A program made the position numbers and the translations under genes. DNA of 64,000 bases, taken from an uncultured Pelagibacteraceae bacterium. GTDB lineage: Bacteria > Pseudomonadota > Alphaproteobacteria > Pelagibacterales > Pelagibacteraceae. The notes beneath the pieces were generated by a model that saw only the letters and a program-made list of their open reading frames with translations, was not told the origin of the DNA and ran no database searches. Shown here piece after piece: positions 63,075-64,000 of this stretch (position 1 is its first letter; each line of letters starts with the position of its first letter). The stretch is from positions 25,666 through 89,665 of the forward strand of contig CABYVA010000002.1 in the NCBI GenBank assembly GCA_902522325.1, written 5' to 3'.

Positions 63075-63266
63075 CTACTCTAAATAATCTTCAGGTGTTT
63101 CAACTATTACAACATCAGCTTTAAATGGTGCTTCAGCGAAAGACTTAAAACTATCAACAGTTGTCTTTAGTTTCTTATCTAATGCTGTTGGCACAGCTTT
63201 AGTTGCATTATCAACAGGTGCAGGTTGGTCAAGACCACCCCACAACATTCTAGTTATCACTTGCAT
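63075..63266 (-). CDS. Small phage hypothetical protein with acidic C-terminus
   Basis: 63 aa, GAGGT 5 nt before ATG, overlaps the upstream gene. Confidence 0.7.
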   Translation of the reverse strand: MQVITRMLWGGLDQPAPVDNATKAVPTALDKKLKTTVDSFKSFAEAPFKADVVIVETPEDYLE

Positions 63267-63690
63267 GTACTACCTCGTTGGTTTGTTTGAGCGTCTTAAT
63301 AGACACCTCAGCTTCTTTCCTATCTTGTATTTGTCTAACTCTTTCTCTAGTTAAATTATACATTGTACCTAACTGTTGTAGTGTCAGCTTTTTTTCAGCA
63401 ACACATCTATGATAATAAATAGCATTATTTCTAGCTATCACTTCTTCATGTGTAACTGCAGTTCCAACTACAGGTAAGTCAGGTTGTTTTCTAAAGTTGG
63501 CTTCTGCCATATCCTCTAAAATAAACGAAGGGTCTTTATCCTTCACTTCATTAGCCCATCTATGTAATGCAATCTCTACTATTTGAGACCTACTTAGCTT
63601 GGCGTTTGGTAGTATCTTTTGTGATAAAGCAGTGGCTATCTCCCATGCTTTTAATCTCATAGATACCGACTTGTACTTTTGTGGGTTCAC
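63250..63690 (-). CDS. Putative regulator: RHH-like N-terminus plus sigma70 region 4.2-like HTH (GTG start)
   Basis: KYKSVSMR...LSRSQIVEIAL (strand-helix-helix pattern); LTLQQLGTMYNLTRERVRQIQ versus RpoD TLEEVGKQFDVTRERIRQIE; AAGGAG at 63697-63702. Confidence 0.78.
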   Translation of the reverse strand: MNPQKYKSVSMRLKAWEIATALSQKILPNAKLSRSQIVEIALHRWANEVKDKDPSFILEDMAEANFRKQPDLPVVGTAVTHEEVIARNNAIYYHRCVAEKKLTLQQLGTMYNLTRERVRQIQDRKEAEVSIKTLKQTNEVVHASDN

Positions 63691-63745
63691 TTATTTCTCC
63701 TTACTTTGTTTCTTTTGGTTATGTCTAAAAAGACTTTACTTTTTT

Positions 63746-63811
63746 AGGCGAACAGCTTCGTAAGAGTAGAAAGAAACAAGGATAAAAAGCTCTTAAAAAA
63801 CTTGTTCGCCT
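63746..63811 (-). promoter_or_regulatory. Long imperfect hairpin in the leader of the RHH-sigma4 gene
   Basis: AGGCGAACA (63746-63754) / TGTTCGCCT (63803-63811) with nested TAAGAG (63761-63766) / CTCTTA (63790-63795). Confidence 0.6.
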
Positions 63812-63863
63812 GTATGTAATATGGCACACATTTATTATTGTTCAACGCACACAAAGTATTATC

Positions 63864-63929
63864 AATCCGAGATGAACTAGGATTTTTATTATTTACTGTG
63901 TTTTTGTAAATCCGAGATGACTTAGGATT
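63864..63929. repeat. Two 21-bp palindromic direct repeats, 45-bp period (candidate operators)
   Basis: AATCCGAGATGAACTAGGATT (63864-63884) and AATCCGAGATGACTTAGGATT (63909-63929); 19/21 identical, each AATCC-N11-GGATT. Confidence 0.8.
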
Positions 63930-64000
63930 AATTCTATTTTCCTCTAGCTTGTTCGCCCAAAAACTGTGCAAACATATCAGCATCACTTTCTTCTCTTAAC

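Larger units (their letters stand above)
60473..64000 (-). mobile_element. End of an integrated prophage, probably a temperate pelagiphage-like podovirus; continues beyond the window
   Basis: Split tRNA at the boundary, adjacent tyrosine integrase, abrupt change in composition (fewer long A/T runs), Shine-Dalgarno usage, small hypothetical genes. No structural genes in the window, so phage family is inferred from the int + MarR-like + tRNA-target arrangement. Confidence 0.85.

Noticed and set aside
63864-63929. Possible mini-CRISPR array
   Set aside because: Only two 21-bp copies with a 24-bp gap, no cas genes in view; operator-like dyads fit better
63744-63986. 80-aa minus-strand ORF
   Set aside because: Covers the operator repeats and hairpin; the repeated NPxSSRI peptide is just the DNA repeat translated
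60482-64000. LexA boxes controlling the prophage
   Set aside because: No GTTC-N7-GTTC or GAAC-N7-GAAC found by eye in the phage intergenic regions of this window

Overview
AT-rich, very compact alphaproteobacterial chromosome segment. Gene content, overlapping genes and near-absent intergenic DNA point to SAR11/Pelagibacterales (inference). Positions 1-60417 are core housekeeping genes: ntrXY, ispDF-pgpA-cinA, lipA-ftsB-eno-kdsA-pyrG-secG-tpiA, ppiD-trpEGDC, lexA (two alphaproteobacterial SOS boxes), gltX, the rpsB-tsf-frr-uppS-cdsA-dxr-bamA-skp-fabZ-lpxD-lpxA-lpxI-lpxB cluster (pyrH and rseP absent, fabZ/lpxD swapped), dnaE, lolCD, proS, rnj, coaX, birA, nuoA-N, tRNA-Val/tRNA-Asp and tig-clpP-clpX-lon. 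From about 60473 to the window end lies one end of a prophage-like element inserted in the anticodon loop of the host tRNA-Leu(TAG). Only the 3' half of the host tRNA remains here, 9 nt from the tig start. The element carries its own complete, sequence-divergent tRNA-Leu(TAG), a tyrosine integrase, a MarR-like wHTH protein, small hypothetical genes, and a protein that appears to fuse a ribbon-helix-helix domain to a sigma70 region-4.2-like HTH. That gene lies behind a control region with two 21-bp palindromic repeats abutting -35-like hexamers and a long leader hairpin. This regulatory module and the tRNA replacement are the most interesting parts. All assignments are from motif recognition by eye; no database searches were run.
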